Part shown: in pieces, positions 36,793-50,612 of the stretch
Position numbering within the stretch: the first letter of the stretch is position 1
Layout of the letters: every line of letters begins with the position of its first letter
From: Azolla caroliniana
Taxonomy: Eukaryota > Plantae > Polypodiophyta
Assembly (NCBI GenBank): GCA_043228905.1
Contig: JBHGNT010000051.1
Coordinates: 1 to 64,000, forward strand
Direction of reading: 5' to 3'
Length of the DNA: 64,000 nucleotides
The notes under the pieces: generated by a model
Databases searched by the model: none
What the model saw: the letters and a program-made list of their open reading frames with translations, nothing else
Told to the model about the DNA's origin: nothing
Program-made: the position numbers and the translations under genes

Positions 36793-39134
36793 TATGTCAA
36801 TTCTTCTTCTTCTTCTTCTTCTCTCTTTGAATGTGAGCTATGTAGCGAAGCTACGATAGTGATGAGCTGGTTCTTGGTCGTCGGTGTAGAGTACAACACA
36901 CAATCACGCTGAGGTGAACGGGCTAGATCGAGCTACTGAATCACTCTGATACCATGTAAAGAATCGGATATGATTCTTGTGAAGCGGAAGAGGTGTGAGT
37001 TATGTGTGTGTATGAGAAAGAAAGAAAGAAAGATATATTAACGTCTTCTAAGGCCAAATTTGGCCCATGAGACAAATAGGTTACAACAAAAAATGAGTGT
37101 TTATCCAATCATCAAAACTAAAAATAAAAGAAAATAGCTTAAGCTAAGAAAGTTCTAGTAGTGTACAAAACTTTGCACCAAGCCTAATCTCATTTTCCAC
37201 CCAAGTCTCTCAAAAAGAAGTGAGGTCAAAAGTTTTTGGTGTGGGTGTGACCCATGGTCCCGATGCACAGAGTGCCCTAGTCATGGCTTCTAGGCGGTGT
37301 AGTTCACGTTCCCTTATTTTCTTTATTGCTTCTACATCTCGTCGAGTTGCTTTGAAACCCGGCATCCGAGGGCGTTTGGTTCTTCTTTGATTTTCTGCTT
37401 CATCAAGGAGAAGTCCGAGTGGTGCAGGTGTGTCGACATTCATTGTCTCCCCCTGTTCCTGAAAAACTTCATTTGTTATATGTTGGTAAACATTAGCAAC
37501 ATTATTATCAACGTTTTGTAATTTGTTCTCTCTGTGGTGTTTCAATTCTAAGATGTATCTACCTAATTTCTTTATATCTAGTGTATCTAATAGTTTAGGG
37601 AGGGTGGGAGAGGAACCAAGTATGTCTTGGTATTTTGCCCTTATCTCGGCATAGGTGGGGCATTTGCATGTAAAATGGTACTCATCCTCTATCTCTATGT
37701 GGCATAACCTACATATCCTTTCCTCCCTAGGGACTCCATTAGTACGTCCATTCTCAATCTCAAGTTGGTGAGATGATATTCTAAGTTGACCAATGGCAAC
37801 CCTTAGTGCATGTGGTAAGAATACATCTAGATATTTTGGGCGCGTGATAAAACCTAACTCAGAGAAGTGCATAAAGTGTTCCTTATAGTACAACATTTTA
37901 GATGGGAGTGGCTCTAGTGGGGTGATCCATTTATACCGGGTATAAATTTGCCATATTTCTTGGCGTATTACTTTATTACGGTCCTCATGAGAGAGTAAAG
38001 TGTTATCATTCGTGTGGTCGTACTTAAGGGGGGGGAGGTTAGTAATGTCTAGAACGTTGGCAAGAAGCCAACTCACCATCATGCCATACCATGAGCTAGT
38101 ATAGCCGGACTCATACAATGCTCGAGAAGCCTTAAAGGCTTGGTGGGATATTCTATCAAGTGGTTGGTTATGTATCCTGTGTATAAAGACTACCAGTTGA
38201 AAAAGTGCTTCTACTAACATAGGGGGTAGAGTGAACTCAGCCCTAATAATGTCATGTGGGACCGACAATTTGCTTCGGAGTTGGCGTGATAACATCATCA
38301 CCAATGGTCTCTCTAATTGCGTCCACATGAAAGATGGTAGTCCTGGGGCCCAAACCGCTGATGCATACATGAGAGAGGGAGTCACTAATGAGTCAAAGAG
38401 CCACCCTTTAGTTCGTGGCTCTTGGAAGTATGCTTGGTGGCATTGTCTCTCGAGGAGTGAGAGGGATGCATGTTCTCTTGTAAGTCTATCCTTCGCTGCT
38501 TGTGTCATCGAAAATTTACCTGAGCGGGCACTGAAAGTGACTCCGAGATAGACATATGATCCAACCACCTCAACTGGGCTATGGGAGATAGTTAGGTGAC
38601 ACTTAGGTCTAACTTGGGCCGACGTGTAGAAGATAAGGACTTTAGTTTTCCCTAGATTCACTACCAATCCTCGTTGTGTGCAAAAGTCATCTAAGGCATT
38701 AAGGTGCCTTTGTAGGTCGTGTTCGGATTCAGAGAGCAAAACTATGTCATCTGCATAGAGCAAGATACGCACCTGCGTATCACCAAGGACTACTCCATTG
38801 CCTCCCTTACGAGCAATAAAATCTGTGATCTCATCAATGTAGATCCCAAAAAGAGTCGGAGATAAGGGGCAACCTTGTTTTACACCAATAGTGCTAGTGA
38901 AACTATCGGATATGCCGCCTGGGCATCGAACACACCCGGACACTTGTTCATATAGTGCGTAGATGGCCCAAACCATGTCATCTGGTATCCTCAAGCTCTT
39001 AAGCCTATCAAACAACCGCTCTCTAGGGACCGTGTCAAAGGCTTTGCGGAAGTCCACAAAACAACAATATAGTTTCTTCTTGCGAGCCTTAGTCTGGTCA
39101 ATTAAGCATCTAAGTGTGAAGATATGGTCAATAG

Positions 39135-39218
39135 TGTTGGAGACAATGTCGTCAATATCAAAGATCAAATAGCATTAGATTCGTGCTGAGTACCTGCGTA
39201 TGACAGTTTCTGATCCGT

Positions 39219-39252
<34 letters not shown>

Positions 39253-42200
39253 ACACAAGATTTTCTATTCAATAGAAACAATAATACAACACCCAACCTT
39301 ACAAAGAGGTTACTAGGTCACTTTATATAGTGACCGACTTAGGGCAACTACCCTTTACGCTAATTACACAAATGGCCCAAACTAGAGCTATACAAGGGAT
39401 AGTGTGAATACGTCCATTATACACTTGTATTCGACACTCCCCCGTAATGGGCGTATACATGGGTTATCTAAGATTACAGGTATGAACCTAGGTTCTCGGA
39501 CATATCCGTTTTGTTCGAGTCGGCAGGGTCCGAAGGCAGAAGACCGGACTGGTCGGGTTGGAAGAGTTGAAGCCGATCATTAAGGAACTGATGTCGGTTG
39601 TCCGAAACCATCCTGCGTTGTGTCCGGCTTTAACCGGACTGGTTTGTCGTTACGCCCATCTGATGCCGAAGGGACCGAAAGTGGTCTGCCGAAAGACACT
39701 TGGTCATTCCATCTGCGACATTGTCGGTTGTGGATATTTTCTCTAGACCGATTTTCCCTGAAATGACGCAGTCCCGAACGAAGTGATATCGAACGTCGAT
39801 GTGTTTGGAGGCGTTGTGGTGAACCGGATTTCTCGACAAGGCAACAGCACCTTGACTGTCGCTGTAGACAACTGGAGCCGAGTCATGGTCGACTTGCCGA
39901 AACGTGTGCGCCAGCCGGCCGAGCCACAAAGCTTCTTTTGCAGCGTCGGACGCAGCTACATATTCTGCTTCGGTCGTTGAGGTCGCTGTGCACTCCTGAA
40001 GTTTCGACTTCCACGAAATTGCTCCATTGCCGAATTTGAAGCAGTATCCAGTTGTTGATTTCCGACTGTCTATACAGCCGGTGAAGTCCGAGTCGGTGTA
40101 ACCGACTACGCCTGAGGTTGAGTTCGGACCGAAAAGAATGCCGTGGTCTTTTGTGCCAGCCAGATATTTGAACACATGCTTGACTGCGTTCCAATGCGAT
40201 CGGCCAGGATTGTGCATAAATCTGCTAACGACTCCTACGGCATGAGAAATATCAGGCCGTGTCGCGACCATCAGGTACATAAGGGAGCCGACTGCCGGTG
40301 CATACGGTACCGACTTCATATCTTCCCCCTCCGGACCGGATGTCGGGCAGTCTCGCTGAGAGAGCCGAAGATTCATGGGGAGCGGGGTTGAAGCAGATTT
40401 GGCTGATTGCATGTTGAAGCGTTCCAAGACACGTCCGATATAGTCGGTCTGAGACAAAAAAAGATGTCGTTTATCGCGATGCCGACTAATCTTCATGCCG
40501 AGTATGTGTCGTGCCGGACCGAGGTCCTTCATGGCAAACTTCAACCGCAGTTGCCGAATGAGATCGGCAAGTTCGCCCGCGTGGCGTCCAGAAATTAGCA
40601 TGTCGTCCACGTAAATGATGAGAAAGATGGGTGATCCGTCGTGAGTTGTGTTGGTAAAAAGACAATGGTCCTCATCGCTTTTTGAGAAGCCGATCGATTG
40701 GATGAAGTCGTCGAACTTCTTGTACCATTGTCGCGGTGCCTGTTTGAGGCCGTATAGACTCTTCCTGAGTCGGCAGACTAGATGTTCTTGGCCAGTTGCC
40801 ACGAAGCCTTTTGGCTGCTCCATATAAATTTCCTCTTCAAGATCACCATGGAGGAAGGCTGTTTTGACATCTAGCTGAATCAGCTCCAAGTTGTCGGCTG
40901 CCACTACGCCGAGTAGAAAACGGAGGGTTGTCATTTTCACCACTGGTGAAAAAATCTCGTCGAAGTCGACACTATATTCTTGTCGGAAGCCCTTCACAAC
41001 TAATCTGGCCTTGTACTTTGGGGTGGTTGAATCAGACGTCTCTTTTAGTCGATAAACCCACTTGCAAGGAAGAGCACGTCGATTCTTAGGTAATTCGACC
41101 AGATCCCAAGTCTGGTTTGCCCGAATGGAGTGCATTTCCGACTCCATCGCCAGATGCCAGGTGGCTGAATCGACAGATGTCGATGCTTCTTCGTAAGACG
41201 TCGGTTCGCCGGCGTCGGTGAAGAAAATTCCAGGAGAATACCTCTCCGGAGGTTGCGACAGTCTCTCGGATCGTCGAGGTATGATTGGACTGGTCGCATC
41301 GGGTATCGAGGTCGGATGGTCCGAAAGCGAATCATTCGGCTGTGCCGAGTCGGAGTTGTCCGAGTCGGTAGTGTAAGGTTCAGCTACCCGTGAAGCTGAC
41401 CGTGTGTTAAGAGCGGGGCCTTCTTGAAGGGTCGGCACATCGGAAAATGTTACCCTTCGGACTTCGATCGGTTTTTCGACTGATGGATTCATAGCCGACT
41501 CGTTGAACACAACGTCCGAACTTCGAACGATTTGTCTGCGTTCGGGGTCCCAGAGTCGGTATCCCATTTCGCCGTCTGATCCATATCCAAGGAAAATGCA
41601 TTTCCTGGACCGAGGTGCAAGTTTTCGGCGATCATCTTTCGGAATAAGGGCGTACGCCTCGCATCCGAAGATCCTCAGCTTGTCATAATTCGGCTTACTG
41701 CCGATCCATAGTTCCTGAGGAATTTGAAGTCCTAGAGGTCTGCTTGGCGACATGTTGATTATGTGTACTGCCGTGAGTAGAGCCTCTGCCCAGAAGCCAT
41801 CCGACAGTCCAGAGTGTTGAAGCATGGAAACTATCCGTTCTTGGATTGTCCGATTCATTCGTTCTGCAATCCCGTTTTGCTCCGGACTGTGTGGTGCCGT
41901 AAATTCACGTCGGATGCCGCGTTGTCGGCAGAATTTGACGAATTCTTCTGATTTGAACTCTCCCCCATTGTCGGTCCGAAAGCATTTCAGTTTTCGGTCG
42001 GTTTGATTTTCTACCATAGCGAGCCAATCGGAGAAGATCGAGAAGACACGATCTTTGGTGCGAATTGGATAAGCCCACACCTTTCGAGTTGAATCGTCAA
42101 TAAAACTGACGAAGTAAGAGGCGCCGCCGAGAGACTGATGCGGCATTGGGTCACAGACGTCCGAGTGGACTAAATCGAGAGGTCTCGTGTCTCTTGGTGC

Positions 42201-44442
42201 TGATGTCGGGTGTGATGCGGCTGCTTGTTTGCCATACTGGCAATGTTCGCAGAATTGATGGTCCGAGAAGGAGAGTTTAGGGATGTATCCGGCTCTAGAT
42301 AGGTGCGTGATGCCGGCCTTGCTAAGGTGTCCTAATCTTCTGTGCCATAGTGATGACACAGGAATATCCACCAAAAACAGGTTACCCTCTCTGAGCGTAA
42401 CATGTAACGGATACAGTGAGTGTATCTTGGGTCCTCTAGCAAGCAGGAGGTTCCCCCTGTGGAGTGTCCACCCTCCCGAAGAAAAACCGGCACGAATGCC
42501 GTCTTCATCTAGTTGTCCGACTGAGATCAATGGCCTTGAGAGCTCGGGTACATGTCGGACATTGTGAAGTACAAGTGTAGAGCCACCTGCAAGGTTGAGC
42601 TCTACTGTGCCGATTCCAATGATGTCACAGTGTTGCGAGTTGCCGACTCGAACTGAGTCGGAGTGACGGATCGTATATTGCCGAAATTGGGATCGATGAG
42701 GAGTCACGTGAAATGACGCGCCCGAATCTAAGAGCCATGTGCTCGATTCTTCAGTCGTGAGCAGAACTTCTGATCCGACTGGATTTTCGATTGATAGTAT
42801 GTTCGGGTCGTTTGGTAGCACATCAGCTGAGAAGCTGACGTAATTGATCTCCTCATGCCGGCCACTCTTCTTGTCTGATTTCTGAGACTTGTCGTTCTTG
42901 TTCTTGAGTGCGCGGCAGTCGGCTTTGATGTGTCCGGGTTTCTTGCAATAGTTGCAGATTCGATTATCCCGTGACTGGCTCCGTCTTCGCTGATTGTTCG
43001 GCTGCCGTGAGGAATCTCTTCCTCGTATGTTCGATCGTTCTGTCGAACCTTGTACTACATAAGCGTCGTCTGTTGAGTCTTTGGCGAAAGACTTTCTCCG
43101 AGCTGCTTCGGTCAGGATTGCGCTCGTGACTTCGGAGTATTTAACAGCCGTGGTTGACGCGTTGCACACGGTTGTGACGAAAGTTTCCCATGATGAGGGA
43201 AGGCTGCTCATGAGTATCATTGCTCTGAGTTCATCCTCGATTGCCGTCCCCTGAGATGAGATTTGGGAGCTTATGCTTTCGTACTCATTGAGATGTGCTT
43301 GAACCGAATCGGATTCTTTCATCCGCAAGTTGTAGAGGCGCCGGATCGGAAACATCTTCGTTGCAGCGACCTTCTTTTCGTAGGTGTCCGACAGTGTTTT
43401 CCACAGTTCGAATGCTGTCGTACACGATTGCACCGTAAAGTATACCGATTCCGATAGGTGCATCCGAATCGTGGTGCGGACGATTCTGTCCAGCTTCTGC
43501 CACTCAATTGGTTTCTATCCTTCTGGAGGTTCTTCATTTTCGATGGGATCGATTTGCCCCTTGACTATGAGATAGTCCTGCATTTGCTCCTTCCAGAAGT
43601 TGAAGTTCGATCCATCGAACTTTCGTAGACTCATTTCTGACGAGCCGGATGTTGATGCCATCAAATTCGGTTTCGGTTGACGAAGCTCGGTTCGGAGTTG
43701 ACTACGAACCTTGTTGGAGTGCAGCCGGTTGGCTCACCCGATATCGTTCTAGTCGGATTTGAACCCGAGTCGGTTCGGCTTCGGATATATGTATTGTTGA
43801 ACTTGCTCGAATTGACTCCGGTAACTTGAGGGACAGAACCGACTGGTCTTCCCGAATGTTGCTGAGTCGGAGTGAGCCCGGTTCGCTTCCGAATATGTAT
43901 GCCAAATACCGATTATTGAAACCGATTGTCTGGACCGATTCTGCTTCGGGTGACTGCAACGACGAGAGAGACGGATCCAACTGATCCTCCCGAATGTCGA
44001 TCAGCCGGATGAAGCACGAATTGGGGTTGTTGTCTTGAGACTGATCTGCACCGAGTGGTTACAATGAGCGGCGAGCAGCGTTTGATGACCTCTTCGGATG
44101 CCGTTTAACCGAGTGGAGCACGATCGTGTCAATGTTGCACAAGGGGATTTCACCTCGAGCGGTTACGATCACAAGGAACAGAGTACAACCGACTGGCTTA
44201 CTCCAAGCGAAGATGATCTAACGCGATGAGATGCAAGCCTCGTTTCTTTTCTTCTTCTCTCTTCTTCGAATGACGCAGGAGACCGAATGTTGTGCAGGCT
44301 GAGACGACGGCCGACAGCGAGTTGAAGGACCGAATACTGTGCAGGCTCTGATACCATATGTTGGAGACAATGTCGTCAATATCAAAGATCAAATAGCATT
44401 AGATTCGTGCTGAGTACCTGCGTATGACAGTTTCTGATCCGT

Positions 44443-44476
<34 letters not shown>

Positions 44477-44660
44477 ACACAAGATTTTCTATTCAATAGA
44501 AACAATAATACAACACCCAACCTTACAAAGAGGTTACTAGGTCACTTTATATAGTGACCGACTTAGGGCAACTACCCTTTACGCTAATTACACAAATGGC
44601 CCAAACTAGAGCTATACAAGGGATAGTGTGAATACGTCCATTATACACTTGTATTCGACA
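39135..44660 (-). mobile_element. Ty1/copia element H, very young and full-length
   Basis: Two 302-bp LTRs (39135-39436 and 44359-44660) that look identical by eye. Perfect TSD AATAG, tRNA-iMet PBS at ~44345-44356 and PPT at ~39437-39444. Confidence 0.97.
39630..43661 (-). CDS. Copia H gag-pol polyprotein with a single in-frame TAG at 43515-43517
   Basis: The 1277-aa ORF 39630-43463 has a Zn knuckle, DSGAS, integrase (HSDVC, RTDNGGEF), YVDD and RNase H. The same frame extends upstream to an ATG at 43661 (MASTSGSSEMSLRKFDGSNF) across one stop. Confidence 0.9.
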
Positions 44661-45718
44661 AATAGTGGAGAAGGCTCGTCTAAAGCCGGCCTGTTCAGGT
44701 GCACGAAGATTTAAGGTCTCCATATACTCGCTAAGCTCTGCCTCCATTACTGCACCATATAATTTAGCAAGGGTATGACCTATCATAATGGTCCTATAAG
44801 TATTTGGGTCCATGGGGTCCCCCCCCTTATGTATGGGGGCCACTGTGTTCATGGTCCATTGTGATGGAAAACCCTCTGCAAGGGCACGATTGAAGATTAG
44901 AGTTAGTAAGGGAGCTAGGCACTCTCTCGCGTATATGATGTGTTCTGCTCGCAATCCTGTGTGGTCCATGGACTTCCTATGTTGTAATTTCTTTATGACC
45001 TTCGTGACCCTAGAGGTCGTGAAGAGTGTCCCCACAGTAGGTCGGGGTGTGGAAGGCATTGGAATGGGTGGTTGGTTTGGGATGTGGTAAAGTCTCTCTG
45101 TATAAGTGTGCCAAGTTTCGGGATCTTCGATGGGTGTTTGTGGTCTTGGTTCCCGTAATCTCTTCCATGCAGTGGCACAATCGTTACTCATGAGCATGTG
45201 GTAGAGTTCCCAATATTGGGATGCCTCCCATGCTCGTCTCTTACGACGTGTCATCTTGCGCATTTCTTTACGAGCTTGTACTGAGGTAATACTACCACTG
45301 AGTTGCGATATTGTAAGTTGTCGATGTAAGCACCTACAATCCTCATCATACCATCTATTTTGTGGCATAGATCCTACTTTACCTTGATTGGAGTGTTTCG
45401 TGTATGGGAAGCTGCTAACCGCTGCAGAATGAAGGATGTGTGTGAGTTTCGTATTAAGGCTCTCTAAAGGTAGGGAGGGATCAAGGGAGGAGAGATGGGC
45501 TTGAACATGTCGAGCATATATGTCAGAGAGCTCATGTGTGAAATGTATTGTGATGTCATGGCGTGGTTGACTAGAGGAGTAAAACACAGAGAATACGTAA
45601 GGTAAAACACAGAGAATACACAAAGGAGAAAGACTTAACACAATACAAGGTGGGAGGAGGGTGCTTTATATAGTCACCCTCTCCCTTCATTAACTACAAG
45701 ACTCATGGAGCATGGGGA

Positions 45719-46336
45719 GCAAACTATCTCTATATGAGAATGTACAATAAGAAAGCACCGAGGACACGACCTCGAGCTTGTTATCTTCGCCACAGGCGGC
45801 GGTTACAATCAGAGGCAACGACCTCTTCCTCTCTCTCACTCTCTCTGTACACAGTTGCGCGCGCTAATCTTGCGCCAACAAGAATGACAACAACACATCT
45901 AAGTTTGCCCTAAGTCATATTTATGCTAATATGACTTTTCGGCTATTTACAAATATAACCCCGATGGACTCTCAGAAAGCATATTTACGAATATGTCCCT
46001 TTATCCAGTGAGCACTTCTCACCGGGCCTTCATCATCCGGCTCTTGTCGGGTACTCCTCATCCAGTTCTCACCAGGTCTCCATCATCCGGCTCTTGCCAG
46101 GTAATCTTTATCTAGTTCTCACCGGGTCTCCATCATCCGGCTCTTGTCGGGTACTCCTCATCCGGTTCTCACCGGGTCTTCATCATCCGGCTCTTGCCGG
46201 GTACTCCTCATCCGGTTCTCATCGGGTCTGAACCATCCGGCTCATGCCGGGTACTCCACATCCGGTTTCGGCCTCGGCCTTTGTTCATCAGTACTGTTCT
46301 TCTCACTTCCCATCCGGAGGGACCTGTTTCCTAACA
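45719..46336 (-). mobile_element. Truncated copia E-family LTR inside the 5' LTR of F
   Basis: Homologous to E's LTRs and ends cctaaca at 46336. The other end is deleted together with ~30 bp of F's LTR. Confidence 0.85.
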
Positions 46337-46468
46337 TATAATTCTATGACTCATACTAAATGCTAGACTACAAAGAGGTGACATAATGGTGACTCTTGAC
46401 CGTTGGAGTGTCTATTCACTCTCAAGGTGAGTTCACACACTAGACCAAGTTGAGCTTGATTCTCAACA

Positions 46469-49235
46469 ACATCTTTACATTTTCCTTCATGTCTCTTGGC
46501 TTGAATTTCAAAACTTAGAATTTATGAACTCATATCATAGCCTACATCAGTGGCTTTTATTTAATTATATGATCTCTAAATTCCGATATCATATGAGGAT
46601 GCCATGACCTTTTTTATTTATGTGGTGGCTCTTGTTTGCCCCTGCTTGACTTCTACTACAACTTTACATTTCCCTTCATGTCTCTGGGCGTGAATTTCAA
46701 AACTTAGATTTTATTACCTAATATCATACCCTACGCCGTTGGCTTCGATTCAACTATTGGAACTCTGATATCCGATATCAGATGAGGACGGCATGACATT
46801 TTTGATTCATGTGGTGGCTCTTGTTTGCCCCTACTTGAGTTTTACCAAAACTTTATATTTTCCTTCATGTCTATTGGCTTGAATTTCAAAACTCAGATTT
46901 TATTACCTCATATCATACCCTACGTTGTTGGATCCGAGTCAACTATGGAAACTCTAAAATCCGATATCATATGAGGAAGCCATGACCTTTTTGACTGATG
47001 TGCTGGCTCTTGTTTCCCCTCCTTAACTTCTATCACATCTTTACATTTTCCTTTATGTCTCTTTGCTTGAATTTCAAAACTTAGATTCTATTAGCTCATA
47101 TCATACCCTACGCCGTTGGCTTCCATTCAACTATTAGATCTCTGAAATCCGATATCATATGAGGATGTCATGACCTTTTTGATTGATGTGGTGGCTCTTG
47201 TTTGCCACTGTTTCACTTTTACCACAACTTTACATTTTCCTTCATGTCTCTTGGTTTGAATTTCAAAACTTAGATTTTATTACATCATATCATAGCCTAC
47301 TGCGTTGGCATCGATTTAACTATTTGAACTCTGAAATCGGATATCATATGAGGATGTTATCACCTTCTTGATTGATTTGGTGGCTCTTGTTTGCTACTGC
47401 TTGACTTCTACCACAACTTTAAATTTTCCTTCATGTCCCTTGGCTTGAATTTCCAAACATAGATTTTATTATATCATATGATAGTCTACGTCGTTCGCTT
47501 CGATTCAACTATTTGAACTATGAAAATCGATATCATATGAGGATGCCATCAATTTTTTGATTCATGTGGTGGCTCTTGCTTGTCTCTACCTGACTTCTAC
47601 CACATCATTACATTTTCCTTCATGTCTGTTGGAATGAAATTCAAAATTCAGAGTTTATTAGCACATATCATAGCCTACGTAGTTGGTTTTGATTCAACAA
47701 TTTGAAGTCTGAAATATAATATCATTTGAGGAAACCATGACCTCTTTGATTCATCTGCTGGCTCTTGTTTGCCCCTGCTTGACTTCTACCACAACATTAC
47801 ATTTTCCTTCATGTGTCTTGGCTTGAATTTCAAAACTTAGATTTTATTACGTCATATGATACCCTACGTTGTTGGCTTTGATTCAACTATTTGATCTCTG
47901 ACATCCGATATCATATGAGAATGCCATGACCTTTTTGATTGATGTGGTGGCTCTTGTTTGCCCCTCCTTGACTTCTACCACAACTTTAAATTTTCCTTCA
48001 TGTCTCTTGGCTTGAATTTGAAAACTTAGATTTTATTACCTCATATCATAAACTACATCGTTGGCTTCGATTCAACTATTTGAACTCGGAAATCCGATAT
48101 CATATGAGGACGCCATTACCTATTACATTCATATGGTGGCTCTTGTTTGTCTCTACATGACTTCTACCACAACTTTACATTTTCGTTCATGTCTCTTGGC
48201 GTGAAATTCAAAACTTAGATTTTATTACATCATATCATAGACTCCGTTGATGGCGTCGATTCAACTATTTGAACTCTGAAATCGTATATCATATGAGGAC
48301 GCCATGACCTTTATGATTGAGGTGGTGGCTCTTGTTTGCCCCTACTTGACTTCTACCACAACTTTACATTTTCCTTCATTTATCTTGGCTTGAGTTTCAA
48401 AACTTATATTTTATTACCTCATTTCATAGCCTGCTTTGTTGGCTTCGATTCAACTATTGGAACTCTGAAATCCGATATCATATGAGGATGCCATGACCTT
48501 TTTGATTGATGTGGTGGCTCTTTTTTGCCCTTGCTTGACTTCTACCAAAACTTTATATTTTCCTTCATGTCTCTTGGCTTGAATTTCAAAACTTAGATTT
48601 TATTGGCACATATCATAGCCTACGTCCTTGGCTTCGATTCAACTATTTGATCTCTGAAATCGGATATCATATGAGGATGCTACGACCTTTTTGATTCATG
48701 TGGTGGCTCTTGTTTGCCCCTACTTGACTTCTACCACAACTTTACATTTTCCTTCATGTCTCTTGGATTGAATTCAAAACTTATATTTAATTAGCTCATA
48801 TCATAGCCTACGTTGTTGGCTTCGATTCAACTCTTCGAACACGGTAATCGGATATCATATGAGGATGCCATGACCTTTTTTATTCATGTGGTGGCATTTG
48901 TTTGCCTCTACATGAGTTCTACCACAACTTCACATTTTCTTTCATGTCTCTTGGCTTGGATTTCAAAACTTATATTTTATTACCTCATATCATACCCTAC
49001 GTTGTTGGCTTCGATTCAACTATTTGAACTCTGAAATCTGATATCATATGAGGACGCCATGACCTTTTTGATTCATGTGGTGGCTCTTCTTTGCGCCTGC
49101 ATGACATCTACCACAACCTTACATTTTACTTCATGTCTCTTGTCTTGTATTTCAAAACTTTGATATTATTACCTCATATTATACCCTACGTCGTTGTCCT
49201 TGATTCAACTATTGGAACTTGGAAATCCGATATCA
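46469..49235 (+). repeat. ~189-bp satellite array (~14-15 monomers)
   Basis: The gtggtggctc motif recurs at 46622, 46811, 47000 and 47188, a period of 188-189. Confidence 0.96.
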
Positions 49236-50510
49236 TAAACCCTTAATCGCCTTTACATTGAACAAACTCTTTGTCTCTCCTAAAGGAGCTTGAGCGAGTT
49301 CGAATCCCTCCCGACACCATCCTCTTCACCTTCGACGTGGAGTCCCTCTACTCGAGCATCCCAACCAAGGAAGGTCTTCATGCCTTGAAGAGCATGATCA
49401 CCGATGCATTTGATGATCTATTGTTAAACCTTGGAATGACGTTATCTGACTTGGTTCTAGAATATCATTTTCTAGAATTCAATGGGACATACTGGCGTCA
49501 GCTCAAAGGTATAGCTATGGGGAGCAATTTTGCTATAGGATACGCTTGTGTCTTCCTATGTTTTTTGGAGAAATTACAGGAACAAACATGCAAACCCGAA
49601 GAACTAATCTTCTACAAAAGGTATATAGATGATGCGTTTGGCCTTTGGACAGGGACTTAGGATAGCCTATTACACTATCTTAAAGGCAGTGCATTTGGGC
49701 TACAACAACACATCAAGATAACTACATGCATTTCCACTACTGGCGTGGATTTCCTAGATATCCGCCTTTTCAAAGGAGAAGATTTTCTTCGCACGAACAA
49801 GCTTTCTAGCAGTTGTTATTAGAAGGAGCTCAACAGGTATCAATACCTTCCGCACTCCTCCTGGCATCCTCAACATCAAAAGAAAGCATTCATTATCGGG
49901 GAGCTGCGAAGATACATCCTACGGGAAAGTACCACAGAGGGCTATAAAAGAATAAGACGTCTATTATTCGAACGACTTCACGCCAGAGGCTACCCCGATA
50001 AGTTCCTTAGATTATGTTTCAATCAGGTCACATACTCGATGAGGACATCACTGCTTCATGCACCCTCCAAGAGAAGCGCAATGGATAAGGGTAATCCTTT
50101 AGTTTTAAAGCTGTATTTCTCTAAATATACGAAAGCCTTAAAACTTGGGAAAACCCTTATTCCTATTATTCACGAGCTAATCAAAGAGAATCCTAAGTTG
50201 TGCCATCTTCCGAAACCAATGATTTGCTAGAGTTTCCTCCAAGGGTTTAAAAATATTCCTTGGAGTTTCCATATTTTAGGATTGCTCTAAATTTTACCTT
50301 TCTTGTAAAGGACAGTTTAGAGGCATCACATATAAGACCCTCTAAAAGTATACCTAAAACAAGGTAAAATAATGCTTAGAAGCCTAAAAGTCACAGAAGT
50401 CCAAGGGTCATAGTCAATGGTCAAAATTACAGTTGCATTTTCTATTTCTCCCACATTTTTTATTTTCTCCCGCCTATTTTCGAGACTAGAATTTTCCCTC
50501 CACACGCTCT

Positions 50511-50517
50511 TATAAAA
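50511..50517 (+). promoter_or_regulatory. TATA box upstream of the PLE-1 hammerhead hairpin
   Basis: TATAAAA ~30 bp upstream of the CTTGTA…TACAAG hairpin. The same arrangement recurs at 51256. Confidence 0.55.
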
Positions 50518-50554
50518 AGGAGGGTGCGAGGGCTCATCTCTTGTATCCACAATC

Positions 50555-50612
50555 TAGTGTTCCACTGAAGAGCTCAGGATTAGCTGAGCGAAACATGTAT
50601 GGAGATACACTA
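50555..50612 (+). ncRNA. Type I minimal hammerhead ribozyme (intact core)
   Basis: Stem I is tcca/tgga, extended by tagtgt/acacta. CTGAAGA lies at 50565-50571. Stem II is gctcag/ctgagc, followed by GAAA at 50590-50593. Stem III is the palindrome ACATGT, and the cleavage triplet GTA ends at 50599. Confidence 0.9.

Larger units (their letters stand above)
37016..45574 (-). mobile_element. 5'-truncated non-LTR retrotransposon (LINE G, RTEX-like ORF2), split by copia H
   Basis: ORF2 pieces at 44661-~45570 (PIHKGGD…YRTI, EQAGFR) and 37210-39134 (FVDFRKAFD, GVKQGCPLSP, LYADD, LRISSHQLEIENGR, CRLC…HFTCKC). The 3' tail is (CTTT)n at ~37016-37032. Confidence 0.88.
32288..46468 (-). mobile_element. 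Ty1/copia element F (related to A); its 5' LTR hosts LINE G and an E-family LTR fragment
   Basis: TSD ACATC at 32283-32287 and 46469-46473. 3' LTR at 32288-32680 and PBS at 36943-36954. The 5' LTR is split into 36955-~37017, ~45575-45718 and 46337-46468. Confidence 0.93.

Noticed and set aside
44547-45641. 364-aa ORF as a standalone gene
   Set aside because: It is chimeric: it starts in F's LTR, runs through LINE ORF2 and ends in H's LTR.
46469-49235. Regularly spaced repeats that might suggest a CRISPR array
   Set aside because: Whole 189-bp monomers repeat with no unique spacers, the context is a eukaryotic telomere, and there are no cas genes.
49271-50230. Possible telomerase (TERT) gene, given an RT next to telomeric repeats
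   Set aside because: It lacks the T/CP motifs, the size and the intron structure of TERT. The GxAMG motif and SxHP thumb motifs are those of Penelope-like RTs.
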